A DNA stretch of 64,000 bases from Eledone cirrhosa (taxonomy: Eukaryota), in assembly GCA_964016885.1 (NCBI GenBank), contig OZ024743.1, positions 234,918,001 through 234,982,000 of the forward strand, written 5' to 3'. Below the pieces are notes generated by a model. The model searched no databases. It was not told the DNA's origin and saw nothing but the letters and a program-made list of their open reading frames with translations. The position numbers were made by a program, and so were the translations under genes. Below, piece by piece: positions 24,036 through 51,019 of this stretch; position 1 is the first letter of the stretch; each line of letters begins with the position of its first letter.

Positions 24036-26342
24036 ATCATCATCATCACCGTTTTACGTCCGTTCTTCCATGCTAGCATGGGTTAGACGGGTTGTCCTGC
24101 TGTGGGCAGTATCTGGTCGGCTGACCATGCCTTGCTCATACAGGAACTGATTTTGGCTTGATTTCTACAGCTGGATGTCCTTCCTAACACCAACCTCATT
24201 TACAGTGAGTGCTGGGTGCTTTTTCCGTGACGCCTACACTTTACAGTGTGGGCTGGGTGCTTTTTTGCCGTGGCACCTCCACGACCACTTTGCAGTGGGA
24301 GGGTGTGGGTGCATATTGTCTATATGCTTCAGCTTGTACCCATGGGAGGTCGGGTACTCTGTATTACTGTGTGACGCCAGAGGTCACGGTCGTGTGTCAT
24401 CGCCTTTGAGAGGTGTAATTAGGTAAGGTCGGCTTTTATCACCTTATCCCAGGTCTTCTTGGGTCTCCCCACTCCGCGGTTTCCATTGACTTCTAGTGCT
24501 CTACACCTTTTTATGCAGCTGTAATCCTTCCTACGCATCACATGTCCATACCAATGCAACCGCCTCTTCTGCACACAGCATTTGATTCCTCTTATGCTCA
24601 GTCTCTCTCTCAATTCGTTTATGCTTTGCCGTTCGTGTATATTACTATTACACATCCATCGAAGCATGCAGGCTTCGTTTCTTTCTAATCTAAGTAAGTC
24701 TTCGACAGACAGCGCCCAGGTCTCACTACCATGTAACATTGCTGTTCGTATACACGCATCATACAGTCTGCCTTTCATTTTGAGGGAAAAGCCTTTTGCA
24801 GCTAGCAGTGGCAGTAGCTCCCTGAACTTCTTCCATCCCGTTCTTACCGTAGTTATTTTACTTTCTGAACACCCACCTCCGCTGCTAATTCCGTCACCTA
24901 GGTAGCAGAAGCTGTCTACTGTTTCTACAGAGCCCTCCCAGAGATTGTTGGTACTTGTTTCCTATAGCTGTTTGCTGCTTGCTGTCCAAGCACAGCTGCT
25001 ACATGTGAAGCCTACATTCTTAATTAAGCTTCCTGAGATCCCGCTACATCTCTTGTGTACCCATTGTTTGCATTTGGGGCAGAGAATGGAGTTCCTACCT
25101 ACACCTTTCCTACATACTGAGCAAGGCCATTTCCCTGAGGGGATCTGGGTTCTGTTTTCTCGTCTACTTACAAGGACCTTAGTCTTTGACAGGTTGACTT
25201 TGAGACCCTTCCTTTCTAGTTCCTGCTTCCAAGTTTGGAATTTCTTCTCTAGTTCTACCATAGGTCATCTGCATACAGGAGTTCCCATGGGCATCCAGTC
25301 TTAAACTCCTCCGTTATTGCCTGCAGGACTATGATGAACAGGAGAGGGCTAAGAACAGAGCCCTGGTGGACAACGACCTGTACGCTAAACTCCTCACTAA
25401 TCCTAACTTTGCTGACTGCTCCCCTATACATGGCTTGTACAGCTTTCACAAGCCATTCATTTACTCCTAGTTTTCTAAGAGCCCACCAGATTATAGCACG
25501 TGGAACTCTGTCAAAGGCTTTCTCGAGATCGACGAATGCCAGGTAGAGTGGCTTACCTTTAGCTAGGTACTTTTCCTGTAACTGCCTCACAAGGAAGAGG
25601 GCATCAGTGGTGCCTCTTCCTGGTACAAACCCAAATTGCATCTCATCTAGTTTCACCCGGTCCATAATCAACTGTGTTATAACTCTTTCTGTTACTTTCA
25701 TGACCTGGTCCATCACCTTTATACCTCTATAGTTTCCTCTATCTAGTGCATCACCTTTACCTTTGTAGCAGTTGACGATGCTACTGCACCAATCTTTTGG
25801 TATGACACCTAGTATTACCTGGTTAACAATACGTGTGGTTATGGTGTGACCTACAGACCCAGATGCCTTCAGCATCTCGGCAGCTATACCCGATGGACCA
25901 GTTGGCTTCCCCATCTTCATATCTTTGATTGCCTTACTTACTACGCTGCTGCTGACTTGTACTGTTGGCCCCTCTATAGGGTCTACTTGGGGTAGAGTCT
26001 CTTCTTCCCATGCATTCTCCTCATTTAGTAATCTATCATAATGGCTCTGCCATGCATCTCTCTTCTCAGCACTTGTGAGGGCAAGCTCACCTTTATCATT
26101 CCGGATACACTTCTTTCCAATGACATCACAATTCTCTCTGACACACTACCTCGCAATCTTGAACACCTCCTGTTTCTGGTCCTCACGTTGCAAAACATGC
26201 TTGAATTTTCTATCCTCTGCTTCCCTCTTGGTCTCTATGTAATGTACCCTGCTTCCCCCATTCTTCCATTCTTTCCATGCCTGTCTCTTGGCCTTAACTG
26301 CCTCATCTACCCTATTGTTCCACCACCAAGTCACTCTCCTCA
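24036..26342 (-). mobile_element. 5'-truncated RTE LINE (family B), frameshifted
   Basis: RRVTWWWN, RT motifs to LLYADDL, intact C4HC3 finger, RLHWYGHV, 3' UTR and (CAT)n tail. Confidence 0.92.
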
Positions 26343-27416
26343 TATCTACTTCATATTTAGCCTCTGAACAAAAACGACCTCTATACCATTTAAGGGCATC
26401 GTGTTTGTATTTTAATGCACGCTGGGAAGTAACTCAAAGTAAGTCATGGTTGCACTATTGATGTCTCACTGTTACTATGACTACCAATGTTATTTTCCAA
26501 ACTCAAGAAAGCTTCTAGATATAAGTTTGAAAGCCGAGGCAACAGAGAGGAGTTCCGTCTGGATTCTGTCAACAAAATCTCCATACAGTTTAAATACACA
26601 ACAGGTCTCCGGTATCAGCAGAAAGACACCCAGGAGTCATGACCTAGATGTGGCCTGGCTCTCTTTGAATGTAAGATACTAAGAGCCTTCTGTTGTCTAG
26701 CTCTGCTGAGTGTTTCTTATTACTATCATCTTCCTATTTTTCTTGTGTGCGTGTATATATGCCATATCTTTGTATATAGCTTTGTGTGTATATCAGCTTT
26801 TCATTAAATTTTGGGTTCTTTATTTGATTTATGGAAACATTACTAAAAATAACTCTTGTGAAACCTGTAATATTCTTTTTTGCATAATCATTACCGTTAG
26901 TTTTGGGTTGTTGTTTCTGAAAAAAAAAAAAAGAAATCACTGCAAGTTAATGCAGCGAGTCTTCATTCAACAAAATTTGACTAGATTTGGATCCAACAGT
27001 TACAGAAAAATTAACATTTTTTAGATAAATAATAGTAACATTAGAAACTGCAAGCAAAAAATACCACCGAAGAAAGTCTCAAAGCTATGGTAAAGCAGCT
27101 ACAAAGAGAGAATGAAAAGGAAGAGCAGTGACAAGAAAGACTGAAAACAAAGAAAAACAACAGCAAAATATAGGCAAAATGAATTAGAAGAACAAAGACC
27201 CAAAAAGCTTGCTGATCATAGGACAAGGAAAGCAACTATTCGTCAAGAAGAATTAAATGTATGAAACTACAGCACAAAATAGGGAGGATGAATCAGATGT
27301 GCAAAGATCATCAAGGCTCCAACAACAAAGAATAAGAAGTGCACAGAACAGACAGGATGAATCAGAGGAACAAAGATCAAAAAGGATTACAGAAGATAGA
27401 GCAATGAAAGCAACAA

Positions 27417-28119
27417 TTGGGGAATCAGATGTATGAAAATCACCAAGACAGCAAATGGAGAGAAACAGAGCAGCTCAAAGGCAGCATGAAGAAAATGAAG
27501 CTCAAACAACTCAAAGGCTATGTGAACAGAGAACATGAAGAAGATTTACAATTTAAAAAGGTTTTCGAGTTGAACTTTGCTGCTTTTAGTTACAATCCAC
27601 ATCAAGACTATGCCTCAGAACCTTTAATTCAAATTTCCTCTATGAACAAAATTTGTCCAAATTGTGGTGCTAAAAAATGGAATGGTGAGTCAACTGGATT
27701 GTGTTGTTTAAATAGAAAGATTGAGTTTAAACTATTATTTGAATGACCCAGAACCCTTGAGGGGATTGCTGATTGGTACAACTATTGAATCAAGTCACTT
27801 TGTTCAAAATATCCAGAAATACAATAATGTATTCCAAATGACATCATTTGGTGCAAATATCATTCATGAAAGTGGCTTTATGCCCACTTTCAAGATTCAA
27901 AGGCAGGTGTACCATAGAACTGGATCACTCCAGCTACATTCAGGAGAAGAACCAAAATATGTACAACTGTATTTCATCAGTTATATGAAAACCCAAGCAG
28001 AGACAAGATATGAAAGGAATAAAGAAACAAAGTATGAAATCATATTGCAACCACAAGATTTATTACATACAAGAAATAGCTATATTATAAGTTTCAAATA
28101 TACCCTGGAAAAGTTTTGA
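27417..28119 (+). pseudogene. Helitron RepHel N-terminal region (zinc-finger-like and downstream conserved blocks), disrupted
   Basis: Two overlapping frames, 27417-27746 and 27721-28119, carry the motifs above. Confidence 0.8.
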
Positions 28120-28142
28120 ATAAAATGTCATTATTTACTCTA

Positions 28143-28332
28143 GCGCGGTGGATTGGCAGTATCGGTAGAGAGTTGGACGCCATGCTTTCCAGCATAGTTA
28201 CGTCCCTCTACAGACTGAGCTCAAATCCCGTTGAGGTTAACTTTGCCTTTCCTCCTTACGGGGTCGATAAAATAAAGTACCAGTAATGTACTGTGTATTT
28301 GCTGGCTTTGTGCCAAATATAGAAACAATTAT
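28143..28332 (+). mobile_element. Meta-like SINE nested in the Helitron remnant
   Basis: Near-identical to the 7828-8019 family; ATTATTTACT on both sides (possible TSD). Confidence 0.85.
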
Positions 28333-28539
28333 TTACTTTAACTCAGGCAATGCCAGGTACTTCAGCTAACATGACCTGACTTAGCTCAAATGGGTAACTT
28401 GTCTAACCCATGCTAGTGTTGAAAAATGAACGTTAAATGGTGATAATGATTTATACATATATACATATAGTTGATAAACACAGAGATGCAAAAATAGTTC
28501 ATGCTTGGGAAGAATATATATATATACACACATATACAC

Positions 28540-28570
<31 letters not shown>

Positions 28571-28604
28571 TATATGCATACACACACATACACACACATA
28601 TATA

Positions 28605-29430
28605 TCATCGTTTTTATGACCGTTTTTCCATACTAGCACGAGTTGAATGGGTCTTTCTCAGCACACCATCTATCTACACGCGGCGTTCCTTCGCCATCTC
28701 TTCGTCAGTCTCAGCTTTTTGAGGTCAGCTCTCACAACCTCTGCCCAGGTCAGTCTACCTCTACTACAGCTTCCCTCTCCTGGCACTTCTTTACACAATG
28801 ATCATCATCCATGCACATGAGCTGTCCATACCAATACAGTCATCTCTGCTGCACACCACCTCGGCTTCCTCTTAAACTCAGCTTCTCCCTCAGCTCGTCC
28901 AAGCTCTGCTATTCTCTCACACTTACATTGCACATCCAACGAAGCATAGTTACTTCATTTCTTTCCAGTCTACACGTCCTCTGCAGTCACAACCCATGTT
29001 TCACGACTATGCTTCATTGCACTTCATACAGTCGTCCTTTTGTACATAAAGAAAAACCTTTTGCTGTCAACAGTGAGAGATGCTCTCTAAACTATTTCCA
29101 TCCTATCCTTATTCTAGCTATTATGCTCTCAGAGCACCCTCCTCCATTGCTAATTAAGTGGCCTAGATAGTAGAAGTTATCAACCACTTCTATGGACCCT
29201 TCTTGTGACTGGAAAAGGTTTATATCACTGAAGCTCTTCCCCTTGATTACCCCTGTGCATCTACATGCAAAGTCCTCTCTTCCTGTTAATCTACCCATTA
29301 TCCCACTACATCTCTCATATACCCAAGATTTACATTGCGTACATCGTATGGAGTTTATGCCTACTCCCTTTCTACATATTGAGTAGGGCCACTTCCATGA
29401 AGGAATCAGAGTCCTATCTTCTTTCCCGTA
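28605..29430 (-). mobile_element. Old RTE 3' fragment (PHD-like region to tail)
   Basis: IPSWKWPYSICRKGVGINSIRCTQCKSWV..RCSG, EVVDNFYYLG, GGCSESIIARIRIGWK. Confidence 0.8.
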
Positions 29431-30334
29431 CACACATTTATATATATAAAACACACACACACAATTTCATCACCATCATTTAACATATGCTTTCCTTGCT
29501 AGGAATGGTTGCACAGGTTGTTAGAGACTGGGCTATTACCGAAGCAGTACAACAGAACCCTGAGATAGGCTAGATGTTTGCATCTCGCTCACTTATGCTT
29601 CTGCAGTCTATCAAGTGCTGAGAAAGTCATGGTGCCTTCATTTCACCTATATATGTTTCTGCTTTCTAATGAGTACATTTTATTGTGGCACCAGTATTAG
29701 AGACAATTTCTATGGCTGGATGTCCTTCCTATCACCAACCACTTTACAGAGTATACCAGTGATATTTATTGTGTAGATTATCAACACTAGAGAGGTTGTC
29801 GTGAGTGCATCATAAATAAAGAGATCTCGCAATGTATTTTGGCATGGTTTCTACAGCAGATTGTCTTTCTCATTGCCACTCACTTTACAGGCTGTACTGT
29901 CTGCAATTTTCTGGCACCAGCACTAGAGAGCTTGTTGGTTATTGACTCAACTGATGAACGCCCTCTAAGGAGGAGGGGGAGGGACAAGAAGGATAAGCAT
30001 GATATCATGGTGGTTGTGTGGTGAGGTGATGGGATCTGATAGGGTGATGACTAGGAGGGAAGGGGTGACCTTCAATAGCATAAAAGTACAGTGAGACTAC
30101 TAAGGGTTTATGAATGGTGTCTCAGAATTTTAGAGAGGTAAAGTGAGAGGGGTGGCAGTGATCCTGGATAGAGTAGAGATGGGTGTGTACGGTGATAGTG
30201 AGAATAGCTACTATGAGGTGATAGTGGTATATCATATATATTTCAAATTTCACCAAATGTTTCTTAAGTCAACTGGATGATAACACTTCTAGCTTCATGC
30301 TTAAATATTCTAAAAGACAGCAATTGGTGGCCAA

Positions 30335-30408
30335 GGATCCCTTAGCACAATGGTCAACACACTTGCCTTGCATCCCAAAGATGCTGGGTTTGATTCCTTA
30401 GCGGTGTC
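30335..30408 (+). other. tRNA-like (Pol III A/B box) segment, probably a SINE head or tRNA pseudogene
   Basis: TAGCACAATGG (A box), CCTTGCATC loop, GGTTTGATTCC (B box); acceptor stem is poor. Confidence 0.45.
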
Positions 30409-31403
30409 TGTGTTCACTTTTCTTTCATTGCTAAGGATGGTTTTACCTCATATTCTCAACTATTAAAGTAATCAACTATTATTATAGTAATTTAAATTGG
30501 GACGACCACATCATAAATTTCTAATTTTTCTAAAGTCAACTGGATATTCATATATATACATACACACACTATCTTCTTTGGTGAGTCAGGGTCGGCATCT
30601 CAATGAGATCCATTTCATTTTAGCACCATTTCTATAGTTGGATGTCCTTGCTAATGCCAACCATTATACAGACTGAATTTGGTGCATTTCAACATGGCAC
30701 CAACACTAGAAAGGTTGTCATAACTGAGGACTTCTTTCTATCCTATGTTGTTACATATATTACACACACACATGTATGTATATATATATATACACACACA
30801 TTTTACAAGTCGTTTGATTAGCAATATCACACCTACCTCTCTACACACACATACATGCATACTCATTCACACACACACACACACACATCTACATACATAC
30901 GTGTGTGTGTGTGTGTTTCTATGAGTGAATATAAGATTTATTTCAGATAGAAATGACTTATACTGGATTAGAAGTCATTCTATCTAAAATAAATCGCGTA
31001 CCTACTCTAACGTATTGCGTAACTTATTTAACTGTGGGCTCTTTCCATTCTTCTTCGGAAAACCATATATATATATATATAGCCTTAAACGATACCTTGT
31101 TAACTTAAATATATATACATATATTCAGCGTAAAACTATATTTCTTCATTATACTGTGTCGTTTGATTTCTTTGTTTGCCTTACACACACATATATATAT
31201 ATTATATATAGAAATGACTTCTACAGGACTAGGATTGTTACATTCGTATGGAATCATCAGGAATATCCTGTCTATATAGGAAGCCTCGGGTAATGAGGTA
31301 ATTATACTGTGTTTATTATACATTAAATATTTAGCTCTGTAACTTACATAGAGCACTCTTCATTCCTTTTACTTTTTCCACGGAAACTTCAACACACACA
31401 CAC

Positions 31404-31459
<56 letters not shown>

Positions 31460-32685
31460 GGATGTTACTATATAAACGACTAGTACGACCATTATATATA
31501 ATTTATGTGTACAATATATGTATGTGTGTGTAGGCGCGCGTGTTTAATATAATTATATAATATATATTTTATATCCGTGTCTGTAGCTGTTCTCATTTTG
31601 TATGGATAAATGTTATACGACATTGATTTTCAAGGTTACATTTTTCCAGATTACTCTGGAACTAATTTGACACCATAAAGCATAACCGAGGAAAAACTCA
31701 TTTATACATACATTAATATACATATATTGTATGTATGTAAGTACATATACACATGTATGTATATAATATACGGGGAGCGGAGTATGTGTTCGTATTTCCC
31801 AATGTAGTAGTCATGTAACTAACAATGCTCCTGCTTGGTAAATTACGACAGCCGAAATCTCGATATATTCTAATTACCGTAATTATTCAAAGACCCCCCC
31901 CCCCCCCGTATGAAAGAAATAGAAATATGTCCGGATCAAACATTTAGAAAGCAATATTAGAATTTCGGAAATGTATAATAAATCATAAATATAATGCAAT
32001 CAGGTATAACAGAGGACAGGAAAGGAAGTGGGTTATTTATTCAAGTAAGGAAGGGGAGGAATGATTATAATAAATCGAGCGGTTGAAATGACGTGCATGT
32101 GTGTGGTCTTTGGGACAAGTAATTACATAATAAATACGTATAAAATCGATGATTGGAAAAAACAAAATACAATTTTTATTCCCCGAGAAAAATTACACCG
32201 AAAAATTAATTCAATACTATGGGCTAACTAACATAAAATATAGAACAATTTAATTATTAATATAATACACTTCCTTGGGAGTTCACTAATAAAAGAAGTG
32301 TCATTTGAAAAAATTATAAATCCACACAGCTATCACTAAGCATCCTATTTCCATCCACAACGTTTGGTAAATAAGAATACTGTAAAATGTTACAAGTGAA
32401 ATTACAAAACATCTGGTTATGAATCAATGACCACTAACGAATGCAGACATTAAACTGTTCTACATTTTTTATGACTAGTTTATCTATGAGTGTAATATGG
32501 TACTGTGATTGATTCTCCCTCTGGTTATGCACACACGTATATATAAGTATGTATACAGACGTACAGTAGTATGTATATATATATATACACACATGCACAC
32601 ACACATATATATGTACGTATGGATTCACCGAACATTTATTATAATGCTCGGTGTGTTTGTAAACAAACATCCCGAATTAAGCCGT

Positions 32686-37486
<4,801 letters not shown>

Positions 37487-37709
37487 AACAATTAAATTAA
37501 AATGTACATCCACATATGTATACTGAAATACTAGTATGCATATGAATACACACACGTGTACATATGTAGATGTACCGAGTTTTTCACTGGACACTTTACT
37601 GTGAGTGTCCAGCTATTCTGTATGTAAACACACAGACAAACCGGTTTTTAGAGTCATACTGGTTTTCGAGGAAACACCTTTCCTCTATTCTCCAGAAAGC
37701 CAGACAAGG

Positions 37710-37754
37710 AATATTGGACTAGTTTCGATGTTGTTACATCTCATCAGCAATATT
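37710..37754 (-). ncRNA. Minimal type I hammerhead ribozyme (unit 1)
   Basis: Minus strand: AATATTG-CTGATGA-GATG TAACAA CATC-GAAAC-TA-GTC-CAATATT. Full core, 7-bp stem I, GUC triplet, palindromic stem III (ACTAGT). Confidence 0.9.
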
Positions 37755-38175
37755 TACCTATCTTCCGGCCTTTCTAGAGAATCGTAAAAGCACATATCGT
37801 TATATGCTTTTTCTATGAAAATTAGTAGTGGGCAGACTAATTTGCATAGAGCGTGAGTACGTACCGGTTCAGCGGAGACGATAAAAACAAATAACAAAAC
37901 GAAATTAAATTTCGTTTCGTTTGTAACTCACTTTTGCATGACTGACGCTTAAACAATTAAATTAAAAATGTACATCCACATATGTATACTGAAATACTAG
38001 TATGCATATGAATACACACACGTGTACATATGTAGATGTACCGAGTTTTTCACTGGACACTTTACTGTGAGTGTCCAGCTATTCTGTATGTAAACACACA
38101 GACAAACCGGTTTTTAGAGTCATACTGGTTTTCGAGGAAACACCTTTCCTCTATTCTCCAGAAAGCCAGACAAGG

Positions 38176-38220
38176 AATATTGGACTAGTTTCGATGTTGT
38201 TACATCTCATCAGCAATATT
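38176..38220 (-). ncRNA. Minimal type I hammerhead ribozyme (unit 2)
   Basis: Identical to 37710-37754. Confidence 0.9.
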
Positions 38221-38641
38221 TACCTATCTTCCGGCCTTTCTAGAGAATCGTAAAAGCACATATCGTTATATGCTTTTTCTATGAAAATTAGTAGTGGGCA
38301 GACTAATTTGCATAGAGCGTGAGTACGTACCGGTTCAGCGGAGACGATAAAAACAAATAACAAAACGAAATTAAATTTCGTTTCGTTTGTAACTCACTTT
38401 TGCATGACTGACGCTTAAACAATTAAATTAAAAATGTACATCCACATATGTATACTGAAATACTAGTATGCATATGAATACACACACGTGTACATATGTA
38501 GATGTACCGAGTTTTTCACTGGACACTTTACTGTGAGTGTCCAGCTATTCTGTATGTAAACACACAGACAAACCGGTTTTTAGAGTCATACTGGTTTTCG
38601 AGGAAACACCTTTCCTCTATTCTCCAGAAAGCCAGACAAGG

Positions 38642-38686
38642 AATATTGGACTAGTTTCGATGTTGTTACATCTCATCAGCAATATT
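38642..38686 (-). ncRNA. Minimal type I hammerhead ribozyme (unit 3)
   Basis: Identical to 37710-37754. Confidence 0.9.
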
Positions 38687-39107
38687 TACCTATCTTCCGG
38701 CCTTTCTAGAGAATCGTAAAAGCACATATCGTTATATGCTTTTTCTATGAAAATTAGTAGTGGGCAGACTAATTTGCATAGAGCGTGAGTACGTACCGGT
38801 TCAGCGGAGACGATAAAAACAAATAACAAAACGAAATTAAATTTCGTTTCGTTTGTAACTCACTTTTGCATGACTGACGCTTAAACAATTAAATTAAAAA
38901 TGTACATCCACATATGTATACTGAAATACTAGTATGCATATGAATACACACACGTGTACATATGTAGATGTACCGAGTTTTTCACTGGACACTTTACTGT
39001 GAGTGTCCAGCTATTCTGTATGTAAACACACAGACAAACCGGTTTTTAGAGTCATACTGGTTTTCGAGGAAACACCTTTCCTCTATTCTCCAGAAAGCCA
39101 GACAAGG

Positions 39108-39152
39108 AATATTGGACTAGTTTCGATGTTGTTACATCTCATCAGCAATATT
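39108..39152 (-). ncRNA. Minimal type I hammerhead ribozyme (unit 4)
   Basis: Identical to 37710-37754. Confidence 0.9.
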
Positions 39153-39573
39153 TACCTATCTTCCGGCCTTTCTAGAGAATCGTAAAAGCACATATCGTTA
39201 TATGCTTTTTCTATGAAAATTAGTAGTGGGCAGACTAATTTGCATAGAGCGTGAGTACGTACCGGTTCAGCGGAGACGATAAAAACAAATAACAAAACGA
39301 AATTAAATTTCGTTTCGTTTGTAACTCACTTTTGCATGACTGACGCTTAAACAATTAAATTAAAAATGTACATCCACATATGTATACTGAAATACTAGTA
39401 TGCATATGAATACACACACGTGTACATATGTAGATGTACCGAGTTTTTCACTGGACACTTTACTGTGAGTGTCCAGCTATTCTGTATGTAAACACACAGA
39501 CAAACCGGTTTTTAGAGTCATACTGGTTTTCGAGGAAACACCTTTCCTCTATTCTCCAGAAAGCCAGACAAGG

Positions 39574-39618
39574 AATATTGAACTAGTTTCGTTGTTGTTA
39601 CAACTCATCAGCAATATT
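39574..39618 (-). ncRNA. Minimal type I hammerhead ribozyme, variant (unit 5)
   Basis: AATATTG-CTGATGA-GTTG TAACAA CAAC-GAAAC-TA-GTT-CAATATT; compensatory A-U to U-A change in stem II; GUU triplet. Confidence 0.88.
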
Positions 39619-39714
39619 TACCTATCTTCCGGCCTCTCTAGAGAATCGTAAAAGCACATATCGCTATATGCTTTTTCTATGAAAATTAGTAGTGGGCAGA
39701 CCAACTTGCATAGA

Positions 39715-39943
39715 TTGTCTGGCTTTCTGGAGAATAGAGGAAAGGTGTTTCCTCAAAAACCAGTATGACTCTAAAAAACCGGTTTGTCTGTGTGTTTACA
39801 TACAGAGTAGCTGGCCACTCACAGTAAAGTGATCAGTGAAAAAAAACTTGGTACATCTACATATGTATACGTGTGTGTATTCATATACATACTAGTATTT
39901 CAGTATACATATATGGATGTACATCTTTGACTTAATTGTTTGA
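39715..39943 (+). repeat. Inverted, diverged copy of the first ~225 bp of the 466-bp unit
   Basis: TTGTCTGGCTTTCTGGAGAATAGAGG...CTTAATTGTTT is the reverse complement of unit positions up to GCCAGACAA. Confidence 0.92.
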
Positions 39944-42518
<2,575 letters not shown>

Positions 42519-42722
42519 GTATTAGTTATACTATTTATGGTTATGTAAACACAAAACCTTAAGCAGTTGTAAGTATTTTACACACACCCTAAATAGTGGT
42601 AGGCAGTAATGTATTACTACCTTATTACCAGTAAGTTAAGTAGCTCAATGTAAAAACATCAGATGATTTACAGAGCAGTTATATGAAATATAAGAATCAA
42701 AGAACTGTTCAAAACATTATTG

Positions 42723-42769
42723 TGCTTACAGCTGTTTCCTCCAAACCGAGGTTTGGATTCTTCGGAGCA
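42723..42769 (-). ncRNA. Variant minimal hammerhead motif in the PLE 3' terminus
   Basis: Minus strand: TGCT-CCGAAGA-ATCCAAACC TC GGTTTGGAG-GAAAC-AGCT-GTA-AGCA; core U4 is C; palindromic stem III ACAGCTGT. Confidence 0.6.
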
Positions 42770-44212
42770 ATTTATTAATGCATGGACAGTTATATGACCT
42801 CCTTTTCAGCCGAGAGACATACCAATACATATTCAAACATTGATACATATTCAAACATTGTGGGTCAACATTCATTACAGAATTTAGAGTGGCAGTACAC
42901 ACTTCGAGATTACATTTATATTAATAGGTACAATCAAAAATCAAAGATATAGGTTAAAGTACAACATGAAGATAAGTGGTTATATAGTGCAAATGTTATA
43001 TGTGTGGCACGCATGTGCGTCTTGTTTATATAGTGTGGCAGAGAGATATGTGTGGTAGAGGCACTTAGGTAGGTAAATAAGAGTGTTAGGTTGGTAGATC
43101 TGGTGGCAAAGTCTTTATATGATTGATGTAGTCTATGTGTGGAGAAATATTATAAGCATTAAAGATAGTGCAAGCATTAAAAGTGTTATAAGTATTGGAG
43201 ATGCACAGCGCAGGGATGTCAAGTAATTCATGTACTTCGGCATTTTCATGGTCAAGGGAGTGTATATTTCGATTATATGCCTTTCAAATAATCCACGACA
43301 ATCCAGTTAGAGATCGTAGTCTGGTGTTCTTTAGTTCGATACAGGAGGTTGTTACGTTTCGAGAAACGCCATTGAATACCGGAAGTGTGTGTGTGGCTAA
43401 GGGGAGTTAATGCATGCGGGGAGGTAACTCTGGGGTTTCCATATCTAGCCATTAAAATGTGTCCCAATATAGACCCTAAATTCTATGGTGAGGTGCACCT
43501 TCCAAGAGAGACTTTTAAAGCATAAAGTGTACTAACTATAGAGTAGTTTAACTAAATTATGCTGAAGGTGATCATATTATTATTAAGGTGGATTAACCCA
43601 TCATAAGGTGCTACAAATGGAAATTATAGATGATGAGCGAGGATTCTAAATTAATGATCTCTGTGGTTGTAGTCTGCTCATATGGCCAGGCGCGGTGATT
43701 GCAGGATTGCTTCAGGACCCAATGATCTCTGGTAAGATCTGGGTCATCACTTGCTACATTGGATGTCGAAAGATAATCGTCCCCAGGCAGGCCAAAGGTC
43801 AATCCGCAGTCCTCGCGACCCCTCTCTGACCGTCAGATCATCCATATACGTACAACCCGCACGGCAGTTGCATTGCATTCACTCACTGCGTTCCGCAGCC
43901 CGGTCCTACTGGTCAACAGCGCTACTCGATTAAATCATTTTACATCTGTCTAAGGAAGGTGTTTCCTCTGCCCAACACCATCCAACCGATCAATTCATGC
44001 TCAAATTACCCTTAGAGCGGTGTAGTGCCGTCCAAGTGGGTGGATGTTGTCACACCTGCCGTAGAGGTATAAATGGGTATTTTCCCTGTGAAGGGTTCCA
44101 GAGGGATGTCGTTGTTTGTGTTATAATGGATCAGCTAGTGTTGGGTATGTAGTATAGGGTGTGTCTCTGGTGTTTGATGCTAGATGTGGTGTTGGGTTCC
44201 AGTCCGACATTG

Positions 44213-50819
<6,607 letters not shown>

Positions 50820-51019
50820 NNNNNNNNNNNNNNNNNNNNNNNNNNNNNNNNNNNNNNNNNNNNNNNNNNNNNNNNNNNNNNNNNNNNNNNNNNNNNNNNN
50901 NNNNNNNNNNNNNNNNNNNNNNNNNNNNNNNNNNNNNNNNNNNNNNNNNNNNNNNNNNNNNNNNNNNNNNNNNNNNNNNNNNNNNNNNNNNNNNNNNNNN
51001 NNNNNNNNNNNNNNNNNNN
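50820..51019. other. Assembly gap (200 N)
   Basis: Run of N. Confidence 1.

Larger units (their letters stand above)
26890..28370 (+). mobile_element. Internally deleted Helitron with Rep N-terminal remnant
   Basis: E/Q/R-rich repeats, then MNKICPNCGAKKWNGE..LCC, F.QNIQKYNNVFQMTSFGA, PTFKIQ.QVYH..GSL, PKYVQLYF; probable 3' end CAGGCAATGCCAGGTACTTCAGCTA at ~28343-28368. The 5' boundary is uncertain. Confidence 0.8.

Noticed and set aside
30335-30408. Functional tRNA-Ala gene
   Set aside because: Acceptor and anticodon stems pair poorly and the B box is mutated; kept only as tRNA-like.
37605-39651. Five repeated 60-aa ORFs
   Set aside because: GTG-start ORFs antisense to the HHR in the tandem unit; unit-5 changes fit RNA structure, not protein constraint.
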